Shown here piece after piece: positions 29,086 to 39,469 of a stretch of 64,000 nucleotides of DNA; position 1 is the stretch's first letter, and each line of letters opens with the position of its first letter. The position numbers and the translations under genes were made by a program. The notes under the pieces were generated by a model. That model searched no databases. It was not told the origin of the DNA and was given only the letters and a program-made list of their open reading frames with translations. The DNA is from Candidatus Latescibacterota bacterium (GTDB lineage: Bacteria > Latescibacterota > UBA2968 > GCA-2709665). The DNA lies in contig OZ252100.1 in assembly GCA_965248435.1 (NCBI GenBank), forward strand, positions 4,064,001 through 4,128,000, in the 5' to 3' direction.

Positions 29086-29354
29086 GGTACCGGGGAAGCA
29101 GAACACGGGTACCGGGGAAGCAGAACACGGGTACCGGGGAAGCAGAACACGGGTACCGGGGAAGCAGAACACGGGTACCGGGGAAGCAAAACACGGAGTA
29201 CCGGGGAAGCAGAATACGGGTACCGGGGAAGCAAAACACGGGTACCGGGGAAGCAGAACACGGGTACCGGGTATCATAAGAATCGGCGGTGTAGGGGCGA
29301 CGCACGCGTCGCCCGGGGGAAAGCAAAACACGGGGTACCGGGGAAGCGAAAACA
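29086..29354 (+). repeat. 22-bp tandem array B, interrupted by a GTAG-type REP hairpin
   Basis: Nine GTACC cores at 29086-29268 (one unit is 23 bp), then GTAGGGGCGACGCACGCGTCGCCC at 29291-29314, then about 1.5 more units. Confidence 0.95.
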
Positions 29355-29412
29355 ATTTCGGATTTGGGATTGCGAATTGTGGAAGAGGCTAACGCTGGTG
29401 AGAATGCTATAG

Positions 29413-30090
29413 ATGAATTTGATTCTAATAGGGTGTGAGTGGGCCGGCAAGCGGACGCTGGGGGTCGAGATCTCGAAATGGTGGTCGGAGCGGACGGGGG
29501 AACCGTTCAAGCCACCCCCTGACTCTCCATTCCACGACCATTTCACCGTACCGCACGTCGTGCACCTGAAGGGCCACGGGGACCATAGAGAACAGTCCGA
29601 AAAGGACATCCTCAAGCTGAACCCGGGGCTGCTGGAGCATTTTCAACGCTACCAGATCAACTATCATTTCGACCCGGCCTTCGTGACGAGCGGCAACTTC
29701 TGGCTGATCGACTGGTACTACGGGGATGCGGTCTACGCGCCGATCTACTGGGGTTACGGTGGGCCTGGAGAGTACGCCGATCGAAGGATCGCCAGGGTTC
29801 ACTTCGACGAACGGGTGATGGAGGTGATGCCGGACTTCATTCTGGTGCTCGTGAAGGCGTCGGCGGACGCGATCGGGGAGCGCATGCGGGCGGGGGAAAG
29901 TCCGTACCCGGAGCGACACGCTAACACCATGTTCCAGGAAAAGGATACGGAGACGATTCTCGCCCGGTTCGAGGAGGAGTTCGAGGGCTCGCTGATTCGG
30001 CAAAAGTTTTCGATCGATACGACAGAAGCCACACCGCAACAGAGTCTAGAGGAATTCGTTGCGAAGGTCGAGCCCTACCTGAGTAAGTGA
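29413..30090 (+). CDS. P-loop nucleotide-monophosphate-kinase-like protein
   Basis: LIGCEWAGKRTL P-loop, LVLVKAS..I.ERM and IDTT motifs. Confidence 0.7.
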   Translation: MNLILIGCEWAGKRTLGVEISKWWSERTGEPFKPPPDSPFHDHFTVPHVVHLKGHGDHREQSEKDILKLNPGLLEHFQRYQINYHFDPAFVTSGNFWLIDWYYGDAVYAPIYWGYGGPGEYADRRIARVHFDERVMEVMPDFILVLVKASADAIGERMRAGESPYPERHANTMFQEKDTETILARFEEEFEGSLIRQKFSIDTTEATPQQSLEEFVAKVEPYLSK

Positions 30091-30649
30091 AGGAATCTCG
30101 TCGCGCAAAAGCTGGATCACGAAAAGACACAAAGAAGCACGAAGGGCACGAAGCCTCATTATGCCTCTCGGAAGCTGGATCACGGAAGAACAGGGAAAGA
30201 GGCAGATGAACGGAGATTTCAGGAGAGAATATGAGCTCGTGAGGCTCAATGAGTTTCTGGATCGGCCGGCGGGTATCAGTGTGAGGCCAGTTTATCAAGG
30301 TATGTTCATGCGTATGTACCTTGGTGGATCGATTTCCGATGGAAACATGTTGGTGGCGGAATATCCCGAGGGATACTTTGAGTACGTGAAGTACGACTAC
30401 GAGGATGACCTGGTCGAAGTTGTGTATCAGTACTATTCGGACAAACCCATGCTGTCTTCTGAGCTTCGCGATAGGGATCTCAAGATAGACGTAGATTCAT
30501 ATAATAAGTGCGATGGTATCTTGAATCTCGTACACCTATCGGGGACAGATATGGTAGACAAGGCGGTAAAACTCTTTCAAAGCTATTTCGGACATCGTCC
30601 TCCGGAATTGACCAGATTCTTATGCCTGGACTGCCTGCCTCATCAGATT

Positions 30650-31703
30650 CCCGAGTTCAATAAGGAAGTGCAACACTTAGGGTAGCAACTGTCCTATCCT
30701 AAGTGTATGGGAAACAATTACAAGCATCTTACGATAGACGAACGCGAGCAGATTGCGCTTTGTCGAGCCACTGGTGCAAGCCTTAGAGATATTGCCAAGG
30801 CCCTTGACCGGAGCGCCAGCACGATTTCAAGAGAGTTGAAACGTAATCCGTCCCCGATAGCTGAGAGTTACTCGGGCCTCCAGGCTCACAGAAGGGCTGA
30901 GAAACGTAAGCGGGAGGCCGGCAAGCGGAAACGGCTGAAGAATCCGGTTATCCGGCGATATGTCGAGACCAAACTCAAGCAAGGATGGTCTCCCGAGTTG
31001 ATCGCTGGGAGGCTTCCCGAGGAGCGTCCGAGCGCGGGTATCAGCCACGAAGCCATCTACCAGTATATCTACGATCCAAAGGTGCACAAGCAGCGGGATC
31101 TGGTTGCTTGCTTATCCCGAGCTCACAAAAAACGAAAGCCGCGGTGGCATACCCGAAAACACCGGGAAAGCCACATTCCAGGCCGTATTTCGATCGATCG
31201 ACGTCCCCGTTACATCGAAAAACGGAAACAACCTGGCCACTGGGAATCCGACACCATCATCTCTCGTGAGAGCAAACAGGCCGTTGGCGCTTGTCTTGAG
31301 CGATCGTCGAGATACCTACACCTGGCTAAGCTGGCAAAGAACGGACCCTCGGAGGTCGCCGAAGCGATTAATCGACGCCTTGGGCGACATCCTCCCACAT
31401 GAGGAAGAGCATCACATATGACAACGGATCCGAAAACGGCCAACATCAACGGGTCAACGAGGTGCTTGGCACCAAATCCTATTTCTGCAAACCGTTCCAC
31501 AGCTGGGAGCGAGGCGCTGTGGAAAACGCTATCGGTCTGGTCCGCAGATACCTCCCCAAGAAGACAGACTTCTCAAAGGTCAGCAAACACGAGTTAAAGA
31601 AAATTCAGAACCGGATCAACAACCGACCAAGAAAATGTCTTAACTTCAAAACACCAGCTGAAGTCTTCAAGTCCAAGTGTTGCACTTAGTCATTGAATCC
31701 AGC
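30650..31703 (+). mobile_element. IS30-family insertion sequence
   Basis: Imperfect terminal IRs GAGTTCAATAAGGAAGTGCAACACTT (30653-30678) and AAGTGTTGCACTTAGTCATTGAATCC (31675-31700); ATT direct repeat at 30647-30649 and 31704-31706. Confidence 0.9.
30707..31689 (+). pseudogene. IS30 transposase with a 1-nt frameshift
   Basis: HLT..ER, STISRELKRN, WSPE, SHEAIY and GHWESD, then SITYDNGSE, ERG..EN and NNRPRK in another frame. One C is missing at CCTCCCACATG (about 31395); this could be an assembly error. Confidence 0.88.
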
Positions 31704-32074
31704 ATTTCTATTATTCAGTCTGGTCAATGTGTGCTCAAGGCACCGATGTTCAGTAATATTCCGCATAAGTTTGACGCCGAGCTAACGAGTTTCGAGCCCG
31801 ATTTTGAAGTGGAATTCAAGTCTCTCAACCAAAAGAAGACCTCGAAATTCCACACGAAACTGTCTGGACGCCCTCAGGCGAAGGTCGTGTTGCAAATAGA
31901 CGCCGCACATCGCAGAACTCTGGAAATCGTCCGGGATAGAGATGTATTGCTGCGCATGGACGTTTAGGATCTCATCCAATGAACCGAGGGTGGACAAGCA
32001 GCAAAACGATCGCTATATTGGATGACGCTCTTGCTGGAATCCACACGCCTACAGCGAAATAGATAGGAGCAGAC

Positions 32075-33010
32075 ATGAAACGTGAAGAACTCAAACAGCT
32101 TATCGTCGGACCGATCGCCACGGTACCGACGCCGTTTGACGACGAATACGAAGTCGACTACGGTCGCATGGCCGAACTGACGAAGTGGTGGGTGGAGAGC
32201 GGGCTGGTGAAGGGGAAGGCGGTGATCAAGGTGTCCGCGGCGATGGGTGAGGGCCCGATGCTGAGCGACGAGGAATGGCCGGAGCTTCTGCGCACGACGG
32301 TCGAGGCGGCGGATGACAAGGCGGCCATCGTCTGCGGGCTCCACTACAAAGACACGAAGCGCTCGATCGATGATGCGAAGCAGGCGCAGGACCTGGGGGC
32401 GATCGCACTGCAAGTCTGCCCGCCGATCTTCAACCTGCCCTCGCAGGAAGACCTGCTGGACTTCTACAATGATCTGTCTGACGCGATCGACGTCGGGATT
32501 TTGGTTTATGTCACGAAGAACATGAACTGCCCGTTCGACATGGGCACATACCGCAGAATGACCGACATCGAGAATATCGTCGCGGTCAAGTGGAGTCCTT
32601 CTGCGGGCGAGGACGAGTATGAAGATATCTTCGAGTTCGTCGATACCTGGAACATCATCGACAACAGCCTGAGCGCCGTGCGCTGCCACAAGCTGGGCGG
32701 GCGAGGGTATATCAACCACACCTCCGAGATCTATCCGCCTCACGACCTGAAGATCTGGGACCTGATGGAGAACAAGCAGTACGACGAAGCGCAGGCGCTG
32801 CTCGACTCGGTGAACATCGAGCTGCGAAAGGTCTTTCAAAGGGTAGATGAGCGGACGGGAGGTCAGGGGATCGTGAAGAAGGGGATGATGGCAGTGATGG
32901 GGCGGCCGTGTGGGGTGTCCCGCCCGCCGTCGAAGCCGATCAACGAGGAAGAGTTGGCCCAGCTTCGCGAGGTGCTGAAGGGCGCTGGCTGGCCGGTCCC
33001 GGACGCTTAA
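32075..33010 (+). CDS. DHDPS-family aldolase-like protein
   Basis: TPFD..Y.VD, MGEG..LS.EE, LVY, AVKWS and SRPP motifs. Confidence 0.85.
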   Translation: MKREELKQLIVGPIATVPTPFDDEYEVDYGRMAELTKWWVESGLVKGKAVIKVSAAMGEGPMLSDEEWPELLRTTVEAADDKAAIVCGLHYKDTKRSIDDAKQAQDLGAIALQVCPPIFNLPSQEDLLDFYNDLSDAIDVGILVYVTKNMNCPFDMGTYRRMTDIENIVAVKWSPSAGEDEYEDIFEFVDTWNIIDNSLSAVRCHKLGGRGYINHTSEIYPPHDLKIWDLMENKQYDEAQALLDSVNIELRKVFQRVDERTGGQGIVKKGMMAVMGRPCGVSRPPSKPINEEELAQLREVLKGAGWPVPDA

Positions 33011-33067
33011 AGGAGCTTGCTGAGGGAGGATCATGAGGGGTTGCGTCAACAGGGCGCAGCCCCTTTT
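33011..33067 (+). repeat. GGGGTTGCG-N9-CGCAGCCCC hairpin element, copy a
   Basis: AGGAGCTTGCTGAGGGAGGATCA...GGGGTTGCGTCAACAGGGCGCAGCCCCTTTT; related copies at 37945, 40297 and 47627. Confidence 0.8.
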
Positions 33068-33081
33068 GACGGGGGCCACAA

Positions 33082-34695
33082 ATGAGCAGTGCGGAACATG
33101 GTCATCAAGAGCAGCGGCTCTCTCACTTTACCATTGAAAGAGCCGCAGACGCAATTATTTGGGTCGACACCGATTTTCGCCTTTTCCGCGTAAACGAGGC
33201 CGCGTGCCAGTTGTTCGGATATTCACGGGATGAGCTACTCTCCATGACAATTTATGACATCCTCGTCGGCTACTCGGCAGAAAGAGGGGCGAGGTACTGG
33301 GGGCGGCTAAAAAAAACACGCAAGCACAACTTCGAAGCCGAGTATCGCAGAAAAGATGGTCGTATTATTCCCGTAGGCGTCACAGGCAACTTTATCGAAT
33401 TCGATGGCAAGGAATACATTTGCAGCTTCGTTCGCGATCACACCGAGCGCAGAAGAACGGCGGAGAAATTAGAGGAAAACAGGCGATTCCTCTTGGATGC
33501 GCAGCGGGTCGCTCATCTCGGTATCTGGGAGTGGGATATTGCCGAAAACGTCGTCACATGGTCCGATGAGCTATACAATATTTATGGTCTGGACCCAGAA
33601 GAATTCGGGGCATCGTATGAAGGTTTCCTGGAACGCGTCCATCCCGATGATCGGGAACGTGTCAATGGTCTGATTGATGGGTCGTATCAAAACCGCACGC
33701 CGCTTGACTTCTATCACCGAATCGTTCGGTCGGATGGCACGATTCGCACGCTTCACGCGCGCGGAGAGGTTACTACGGATGAGGCCAATAATCCTATCCG
33801 GATGGTGGGAACGGGACTGGATGTTACGGAGCTTGTAGAGGCCGAAGAAGAGATTCGCAAGCTGAATGCTGGACTAGAACAGCGTGTGCACGAGCGTACC
33901 GCAGAGCTCGAAACTACGCTTCGCCGGCTCAGAGAGACCCAGAATCAACTGGTGTTGCGGGAGAAAATGGCGTCGCTCGGCAACCTCGTCGCTGGCGTGG
34001 CTCACGAGATCAACAATCCGATGGGGGCGGTCAAGAGCGCCTCGGATGTTTCGAGACGATGTGCCCAACAGCTGAAAGAAATCATTAAGCAGGGAAGCTC
34101 TGCGCAGGCCATCTTAGACAGCAGGCATTTTCAAACGGCGATAAGACTGCTTACGGAAAATGCCGAGATCGCAGTAGAGGGAAGCGATAGGATTGCGAAA
34201 ATCATTCGAAGCCTAAAAACTTTTGCCCGACTGGACGAGTCGGAGCTCGACGAGGCCGACATCCACGAGGGACTCGAGAGCACGCTGACTCTGTTGCAAC
34301 ACGAACTGAAGAACAAGATCGAGGTGATAAGAGACTATGGCGATGTTCAACGGATCAATTGCTACCCTCAGGAGCTGAACCAGGTTTTTATGAATCTTCT
34401 CTCGAACGCGATTCAGGCGATTGAGAAAAAAGGCACAATACGGATCAAGACCTCGACGGACGCGGTGAACGTCTATGTGAAGATCACGGACACGGGAAAT
34501 GGGATCCCGCCCGAGAACCTAGACAAAATCTTCGACCCCGGTTTTACAACCAAGGGAGTCGGTGTCGGAACCGGCCTAGGCTTGTCGATTAGTCATAATA
34601 TCATTCAGAAGCACCAGGGTAAAATAGCTGCGGAAAGTACGGTCGGCGAAGGAACGACGTTCACAATTACTTTGCCGACTGTTCCGAAAACGTAA
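33082..34695 (+). CDS. PAS-PAS cytoplasmic sensor histidine kinase
   Basis: Two PAS domains; AHEINNP H-box; N, G1, F and G2 boxes; no response regulator adjacent. Confidence 0.93.
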   Translation: MSSAEHGHQEQRLSHFTIERAADAIIWVDTDFRLFRVNEAACQLFGYSRDELLSMTIYDILVGYSAERGARYWGRLKKTRKHNFEAEYRRKDGRIIPVGVTGNFIEFDGKEYICSFVRDHTERRRTAEKLEENRRFLLDAQRVAHLGIWEWDIAENVVTWSDELYNIYGLDPEEFGASYEGFLERVHPDDRERVNGLIDGSYQNRTPLDFYHRIVRSDGTIRTLHARGEVTTDEANNPIRMVGTGLDVTELVEAEEEIRKLNAGLEQRVHERTAELETTLRRLRETQNQLVLREKMASLGNLVAGVAHEINNPMGAVKSASDVSRRCAQQLKEIIKQGSSAQAILDSRHFQTAIRLLTENAEIAVEGSDRIAKIIRSLKTFARLDESELDEADIHEGLESTLTLLQHELKNKIEVIRDYGDVQRINCYPQELNQVFMNLLSNAIQAIEKKGTIRIKTSTDAVNVYVKITDTGNGIPPENLDKIFDPGFTTKGVGVGTGLGLSISHNIIQKHQGKIAAESTVGEGTTFTITLPTVPKT

Positions 34696-34707
34696 TACCC
34701 AAAGTCT

Positions 34708-34744
34708 TTATAACACCTCGCGGGGAGGCAGCGGCCGGTTAGGC
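34708..34744 (+). other. Truncated attC-like site
   Basis: TTATAAC...GTTAGGC, only 37 bp; precedes the lipoprotein gene. Confidence 0.35.
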
Positions 34745-34816
34745 ATCGCGGAGGCCTTCGCAGTTCATCCGCAGCCATGCTATGCTGACAAATGATTAAG
34801 GGGGGATTCCAGAAAG

Positions 34817-35239
34817 ATGAAACACGCTATGCGTCTATTCGGACTTTCCGTTGTCTTGACAACGCTGGTTGGTTGCGCGAGCACAGGAAGATTTAGCTCG
34901 ACAAACCTGACGAACGTTGAGTTGTCTCAGAACAATTTTCGTGTTATCGCTTCAAATGTGTATGGAGAGGCATCAGCAGATTACCTGCTTGGATTGAGCT
35001 TTGCTCAGGGCGGGGAAACGCACACTATAGCACTTATACCCCTTGGGGGTGACCGCATGCTTTACAAAGTAGCGTTGGAAAACTTGTGGCGCAACTTCGA
35101 GCAGACACACGGGAACATCGAGGGGCGGAGTCTTGCGTTGGCAAATGTTCGATTCGACTCCGACGCGCAGAACGTGCTTCTTCTTTACACAAAGCCAAAA
35201 ATTTCTGTTCGAGCAGATGTCATTGAGTTTGTCGAGTAA
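34817..35239 (+). CDS. Small lipoprotein (DUF6567-like), probable gene cassette
   Basis: Lipobox LVGC; T.VELSQNNFRVI...GEAS..Y.LG pattern; its stop codon lies in the TAAC of the next attC-like site. Confidence 0.75.
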   Translation: MKHAMRLFGLSVVLTTLVGCASTGRFSSTNLTNVELSQNNFRVIASNVYGEASADYLLGLSFAQGGETHTIALIPLGGDRMLYKVALENLWRNFEQTHGNIEGRSLALANVRFDSDAQNVLLLYTKPKISVRADVIEFVE

Positions 35240-35351
35240 CATTGAATACAGTATGTTGTGCTCGCAAACCAAATGATAACCGTGGGGCGGTATCCTGTGA
35301 GAATCAGCTCTGTCTGGGGAATTATACTGACCTGCATAATTCATGTTAGAC
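35234..35351 (+). other. Long attC-like site
   Basis: GAGTAAC...GTTAGAC; TAACATTGAAT pairs with ATTCATGTTA with one bulge; the 3' 78 bp resemble 40535-40608. Confidence 0.55.
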
Positions 35352-35402
35352 CGAGAGAAACCTCAACGCCGCTGCTGCTCCAGTTAGAAATGGAGAAACA
35401 CG

Positions 35403-36278
35403 ATGGAAGCAACGCAAGTAGACATCGATCCAAATGAAGAGATCGGTTTCATGAACATCGACGAAACCGGTTTCAGCAAATTCACGTTGGGAAAACAAAT
35501 CCGCCATCTCGAGGTGGAAGGCTATGTTGTTCTGCCGGACGTGCTCGACGCAGAGCTCATGGAGGAGATCAAGGCGGAGATGGCCGATGCACCCATGCAG
35601 ACCAAGGATTACAGCGACGCGCAGACCTACTGCTTGGAACCGCAGTGGCGCAGCCGAGCGCTGGCCAAGTTGATCGCACACCCTCCGGTGATCAAATTCC
35701 TGGAGGTCCTGCTCGGGACGGATATCGTGTTCACCCGGGGGCTTTTTACCCGCACGCTGTCCGGCTCGCCGCCCATCTCTTTGCATACGGACGGCCAGCC
35801 ATTCGGCTCCTCCATCTTCGGATACGAGGGGAGTTCGCCTCGCCTGCTTCGCGTACTTTACTACCTCGACGACCTGACACCCGAGCGAGCTCCGTTCCGT
35901 CTGGTGCCTCGCTCCCACCTGTCCTTTCACGCCGAGGCCAATCCCTACGTGCGCTATAAGTGGCATCCCGGTGAGGTTACCTTGTGTCCGAAGGCCGGCA
36001 CGGCGTTGATCATTCCCATCAATCTGTTCCACGGCACCCATCCCAACAGGGCGCGTTCGCAGCGCACTCTCGTCCAGTACGGTTACCGTCCCTCCTGGGC
36101 CGGGCCGATCAAGCCGATGGACGAGTGGGAGCCGGACCTCGTGGCCGCAGCGCCACCGGAAGCCAGGCGTTTACTGCAGAGTCCAAACACGACCGGCGTG
36201 GAATGGGACCAGCCACACAAACCCAGAGGCATGAAAATGGACGCGCCCGCCCTTAATCCGAAACGATGGGAGCGCTGA
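35403..36278 (+). CDS. PhyH family dioxygenase
   Basis: EGYVVL, LHTD, VPRSH and FHG.HPN..R motifs. Confidence 0.87.
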   Translation: MEATQVDIDPNEEIGFMNIDETGFSKFTLGKQIRHLEVEGYVVLPDVLDAELMEEIKAEMADAPMQTKDYSDAQTYCLEPQWRSRALAKLIAHPPVIKFLEVLLGTDIVFTRGLFTRTLSGSPPISLHTDGQPFGSSIFGYEGSSPRLLRVLYYLDDLTPERAPFRLVPRSHLSFHAEANPYVRYKWHPGEVTLCPKAGTALIIPINLFHGTHPNRARSQRTLVQYGYRPSWAGPIKPMDEWEPDLVAAAPPEARRLLQSPNTTGVEWDQPHKPRGMKMDAPALNPKRWER

Positions 36279-36288
36279 GGAACGGTCT

Positions 36289-37866
36289 ATGAAGCAAACA
36301 GACTACACTTCACGTGTTCCAAGAACCACGTTCGCTGACACGCTGGAAGAGCAAGAAGCGCAACTGAGGACGAATCCCCTGATCCAACGGTTTGTCGAGT
36401 CACGTAGAAAGATGTCCGCGGATCCCTATCGCCCGATATACCATTACGTCAACCCAGAGAACCGCCTGAACGATCCAAACGGGCTGTGCTTTTGGCAAGG
36501 CCGTTGGCACCTCTTCTACCAGGCGTTTCCGCCGGAAGATTCGCGCCTGCACTGGGGACACGCCGTGAGCGATGATCTGGTCCACTGGCGAGACCTCCCC
36601 TATGCCATTCATCCTGATCCGGAAGAGGGCTGTTGGTCCGGTGCCACGCTGGTTGAAGCGTCCCGAGTGATTGCCATGTATCACGGGAATCAGGCCGGCA
36701 ACATGGTGGCCATATCCAGCGACCCCCTGTTGCTGAACTGGGAGAAGGTGACCGGCCAGCCGGTCATCCCCATCCGCAATCCTGATGGGACCCCTCCTCC
36801 TTACCGAGTATTCGATCCGTGCATCTGGAAGAAGGACGGCACGTACTACTCGCTTTCGGGAGGCACTCTGCCAGACGGACCCGGCGGCAAGATCGTCCGG
36901 GCCAATTTTCTGTTTCGCTCGAGGGATTTGACGAGGTGGGAGTATCTGCACCCGTTTGTTGAGGGCGACCGGTTCACGTTGGTCGGCGATGACGGCGCTT
37001 GTCCGTACTTCTGGCCGATCGGTGACCGTCACATCCTTCTGTTCTTCAGCCACATGAGCGGCGGACAGTACCTGTTGGGCGACTACGACCGGCAGCGCGA
37101 CAAATTCGTCGTCACGAATCACGGCAGGTTCAATTTCGGCTCGTATGACCCGGCCGGCGTACATGCGCCGTCCGCGACACCTGACGGCGAGGGAGGAATC
37201 ATCGTCATCTTCAACATGAATCCCGGCAAGCCCACCGAAGGCTGGAATCAAATCATGACGCTGCCGAGACGCTTGACGCTGATATCAGAAGACGAAGTGG
37301 GGATCGAGCTTGCTGGAGACGTCGCATCGCTGCGCCGCGATCATCAGCATGTCGACGCAATGGGGCTCCCCGCGAATCAGGAAGTGGTCCTTGAGAACAT
37401 CCGCGGCAACGCGATGGAAATCGTCGCGGAAATCGATCCGAAAGGCGCGCCGATCGTCGAAATGAACGTGTTACGATCTCCGAACAAGCAAGAATTCACC
37501 CGCATCGCGTTCTTCAGGGAGCGGGGTTACAAGAACCGGAAACACAGAACGGGTCCTCGATACAGCTTGATTACTGTAGATTCATGCTATTCGTCGCTCT
37601 GTCCGGATGTGGTCTCGCGTGCACCCGAGACGGGCCCGGTTGCCATTGAACCAGACGAGTTTCTTCAGCTACACGTCTTCATTGACCGCAGTGTCGTCGA
37701 GGTATTCGTCAACGGGAAGCAATGCATTGCGGTGCGTGTCTACCCCGACCGCGAGGATAGTGTCGGCGTATCGCTACGCTCCCAAGGCAGCGACGCTGAG
37801 CTCAAATCGTTCGATGCTTGGCAGATGGAGAATATCTATGAGCAAGCGCCCCGGACAGATACATGA
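36289..37866 (+). CDS. Glycoside hydrolase family 32 (beta-fructofuranosidase-like)
   Basis: NDPNG, WHLFYQ, WGHAVS.DL, WSG, FDP, ACP (in place of the usual ECP) and DRSVVEVF motifs. Confidence 0.9.
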   Translation: MKQTDYTSRVPRTTFADTLEEQEAQLRTNPLIQRFVESRRKMSADPYRPIYHYVNPENRLNDPNGLCFWQGRWHLFYQAFPPEDSRLHWGHAVSDDLVHWRDLPYAIHPDPEEGCWSGATLVEASRVIAMYHGNQAGNMVAISSDPLLLNWEKVTGQPVIPIRNPDGTPPPYRVFDPCIWKKDGTYYSLSGGTLPDGPGGKIVRANFLFRSRDLTRWEYLHPFVEGDRFTLVGDDGACPYFWPIGDRHILLFFSHMSGGQYLLGDYDRQRDKFVVTNHGRFNFGSYDPAGVHAPSATPDGEGGIIVIFNMNPGKPTEGWNQIMTLPRRLTLISEDEVGIELAGDVASLRRDHQHVDAMGLPANQEVVLENIRGNAMEIVAEIDPKGAPIVEMNVLRSPNKQEFTRIAFFRERGYKNRKHRTGPRYSLITVDSCYSSLCPDVVSRAPETGPVAIEPDEFLQLHVFIDRSVVEVFVNGKQCIAVRVYPDREDSVGVSLRSQGSDAELKSFDAWQMENIYEQAPRTDT

Positions 37867-37867
37867 C

Positions 37868-37926
37868 CTCTGACAAGCAGGATGCAGGAGACGGCTTACA
37901 GCCGCGCCTGATCCGCGACGTTAGGG
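37868..37926 (+). other. attC (59-base element) with a degenerate R'' box
   Basis: CTCTGAC AAGCAGGATGCAGGAGACGGCTTACAGCCGCGCCTGATCCGCGAC GTTAGGG, 59 bp, directly after the GH32 stop. Confidence 0.7.
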
Positions 37927-37944
37927 GGAGGGTCCCCGTCTAGA

Positions 37945-38026
37945 AGTCAAATGGAAGATGTCCGTAGAGGTCCGATTTGCCGAGGGAAGATCAACAGGGG
38001 GTTGCGTCAACACGGCGCAGCCCCTT
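37945..38026 (+). repeat. Hairpin element, copy b
   Basis: AGTCAAATGGAAGATGTCCGTAGAGG...GAGGGAAGATCA...GGGGTTGCGTCAACACGGCGCAGCCCCTT. Confidence 0.8.
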
Positions 38027-38068
38027 GTATGTATAGAAGTCACGATCCAACCCAGGAGGTAAGTTACT

Positions 38069-38437
38069 ATGACCACTATGTCGCTTCAAAAGTCGGCAGA
38101 ATGGAAGATCGGTCTCCGGACCTACTTCGAGTACCGCGATCTCGGCATCCTAAAGGCCACAAAGGGCAAGGTCCTCGCGCACGTCATCCGTGCCACAGAA
38201 CCCTGCCCTGGTCCCGGTGGCAATCACACGCATGATGTGGAGTTCCAGATGAACTACATCCTGAACGGCTGGACCCGGGTCGAATTCGAGGATGTAGGTG
38301 AGGTCCGCTTCGAGGCCGGTGACGCCTGGCTCCAGGAGCCTAACATGAAACACGAAGTCCTGGAATTCTCCGACGATTTCGAAACGATCGAGATCTGTAT
38401 GCCGGCGGAATTCCCGACCCAGGACGCGCAACGCTGA
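38069..38437 (+). CDS. Cupin domain protein
   Basis: GLRTYFEYRDLG, HTH..EFQ..YIL.GW and P..KHEV motifs. Confidence 0.88.
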   Translation: MTTMSLQKSAEWKIGLRTYFEYRDLGILKATKGKVLAHVIRATEPCPGPGGNHTHDVEFQMNYILNGWTRVEFEDVGEVRFEAGDAWLQEPNMKHEVLEFSDDFETIEICMPAEFPTQDAQR

Positions 38438-38445
38438 GGTGACAG

Positions 38446-39213
38446 ATGGGAAGGCTTGATGGCAAGGTAGCGGCGGTGACTGGCGGCGCATCGGGCATTG
38501 GCGAAGCTACGGTTCGGCTCTTCGTGGAAGAGGGCGCAAGGGTGGCCTTTGCAGATCGCGATGGCGCCCGCGGCGCCGAAGTGGCGAAAGAGATCCAGGC
38601 GAGCGGCGGAGAGGTGCTGTTCGTGGAGACCCACGTCGAGCGCGAGGTCGACGCGATCGCCTTCGTCGAGCGTGCGGTAGAACAGTTCGGTCAGCTCAAT
38701 ATCCTTGTCAATAACGCCGCCATCCGTCTCTACCAGGACGTGACCGAAGCCAGCGAGGAGAGCTGGGACACTATTCTGGGGGTGAACGTCAAGGGTTACG
38801 CCTTCTGCGCTAAGGCTGCCATTCCTGCGATGCGCCGCACGGGGAGCGGAAGCATCGTCAACATCGCCTCCAACAATGCGATTGTCGCGGGCGACAACAC
38901 GGTCCAGTACGATACCACGAAGGCGGCGGTCGCCGGCTTGACGCGCGGCATGGCCCGGGCTCACGCGGCCGACGGCATCCGGGTCAATGCGGTGTGTCCG
39001 GGACCGACATTTACGCCCTTTCACGCGCACCGTGCCGACGTGGCCGGGAAGACTCACGAAGAATTCAAGGAAGAATTCGGACAGCCCGTGATGCTCAAGC
39101 GGCCGGGGACACCCCAGGAGATCGCCGCGGGTGTCCTGTTCCTGGCTTCCGACGACGCGTCGTTCGTTACCGGCACCTGCCTGTTTGTGGACGGCGGTCA
39201 GTCGGCTATGTGA
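38446..39213 (+). CDS. Short-chain dehydrogenase/reductase
   Basis: TGGASGIG, NNAA, YDTTK and VDGG motifs. Confidence 0.93.
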   Translation: MGRLDGKVAAVTGGASGIGEATVRLFVEEGARVAFADRDGARGAEVAKEIQASGGEVLFVETHVEREVDAIAFVERAVEQFGQLNILVNNAAIRLYQDVTEASEESWDTILGVNVKGYAFCAKAAIPAMRRTGSGSIVNIASNNAIVAGDNTVQYDTTKAAVAGLTRGMARAHAADGIRVNAVCPGPTFTPFHAHRADVAGKTHEEFKEEFGQPVMLKRPGTPQEIAAGVLFLASDDASFVTGTCLFVDGGQSAM

Positions 39214-39344
39214 GGTCGCTAAAGCGCAAAAGAAAATCGGTAGGACAAGGGAAAGCGGCAGTGGAATAGAAACGGCTTTGTGTTTCGCGCCCAAAATTCC
39301 GCTTCAGAACCCGCCTTTTAGAACGGAGTCCCGGAGACACGATC

Positions 39345-39373
39345 TTGCAATCGCCAAGGGGCTTTACTATACT
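39345..39373 (+). promoter_or_regulatory. Sigma70-like promoter for the TA pair
   Basis: TTGCAA-17-TATACT. Confidence 0.6.
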
Positions 39374-39469
39374 CCAGCAGCAGTCATACCGATTATGCTG
39401 ACTCGCAGAATTCATGCCACAAGGGCATTCATCCCCTACGGACAATGCAGTACCTCTTAAACAAAATAT

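Larger units (their letters stand above)
30206..31967 (+). pseudogene. Hypothetical gene (234 aa when rejoined) split by IS30
   Basis: 30206-30649 and 31707-31967 rejoin in frame across the ATT duplication (...LPHQI|SIIQSGQ...). Confidence 0.75.

Noticed and set aside
28057-29354. 22-bp arrays as a CRISPR array, or as coding repeats (track ORFs with PGTRVLLPRYPC units)
   Set aside because: The units abut with no unique spacers and no cas genes are present. The period is not a multiple of 3, so the ORFs on both strands are by-products of a stop-free repeat.
30110-30190. AGCTGGATCACG direct repeat and CACGAA-rich tract
   Set aside because: Short and low-complexity, with no further copies seen to support an element.
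31390-31402. Programmed frameshift in the IS30 transposase
   Set aside because: IS30 transposases are single ORFs and there is no slippery heptamer here, so a 1-nt deletion or sequencing error is simpler.
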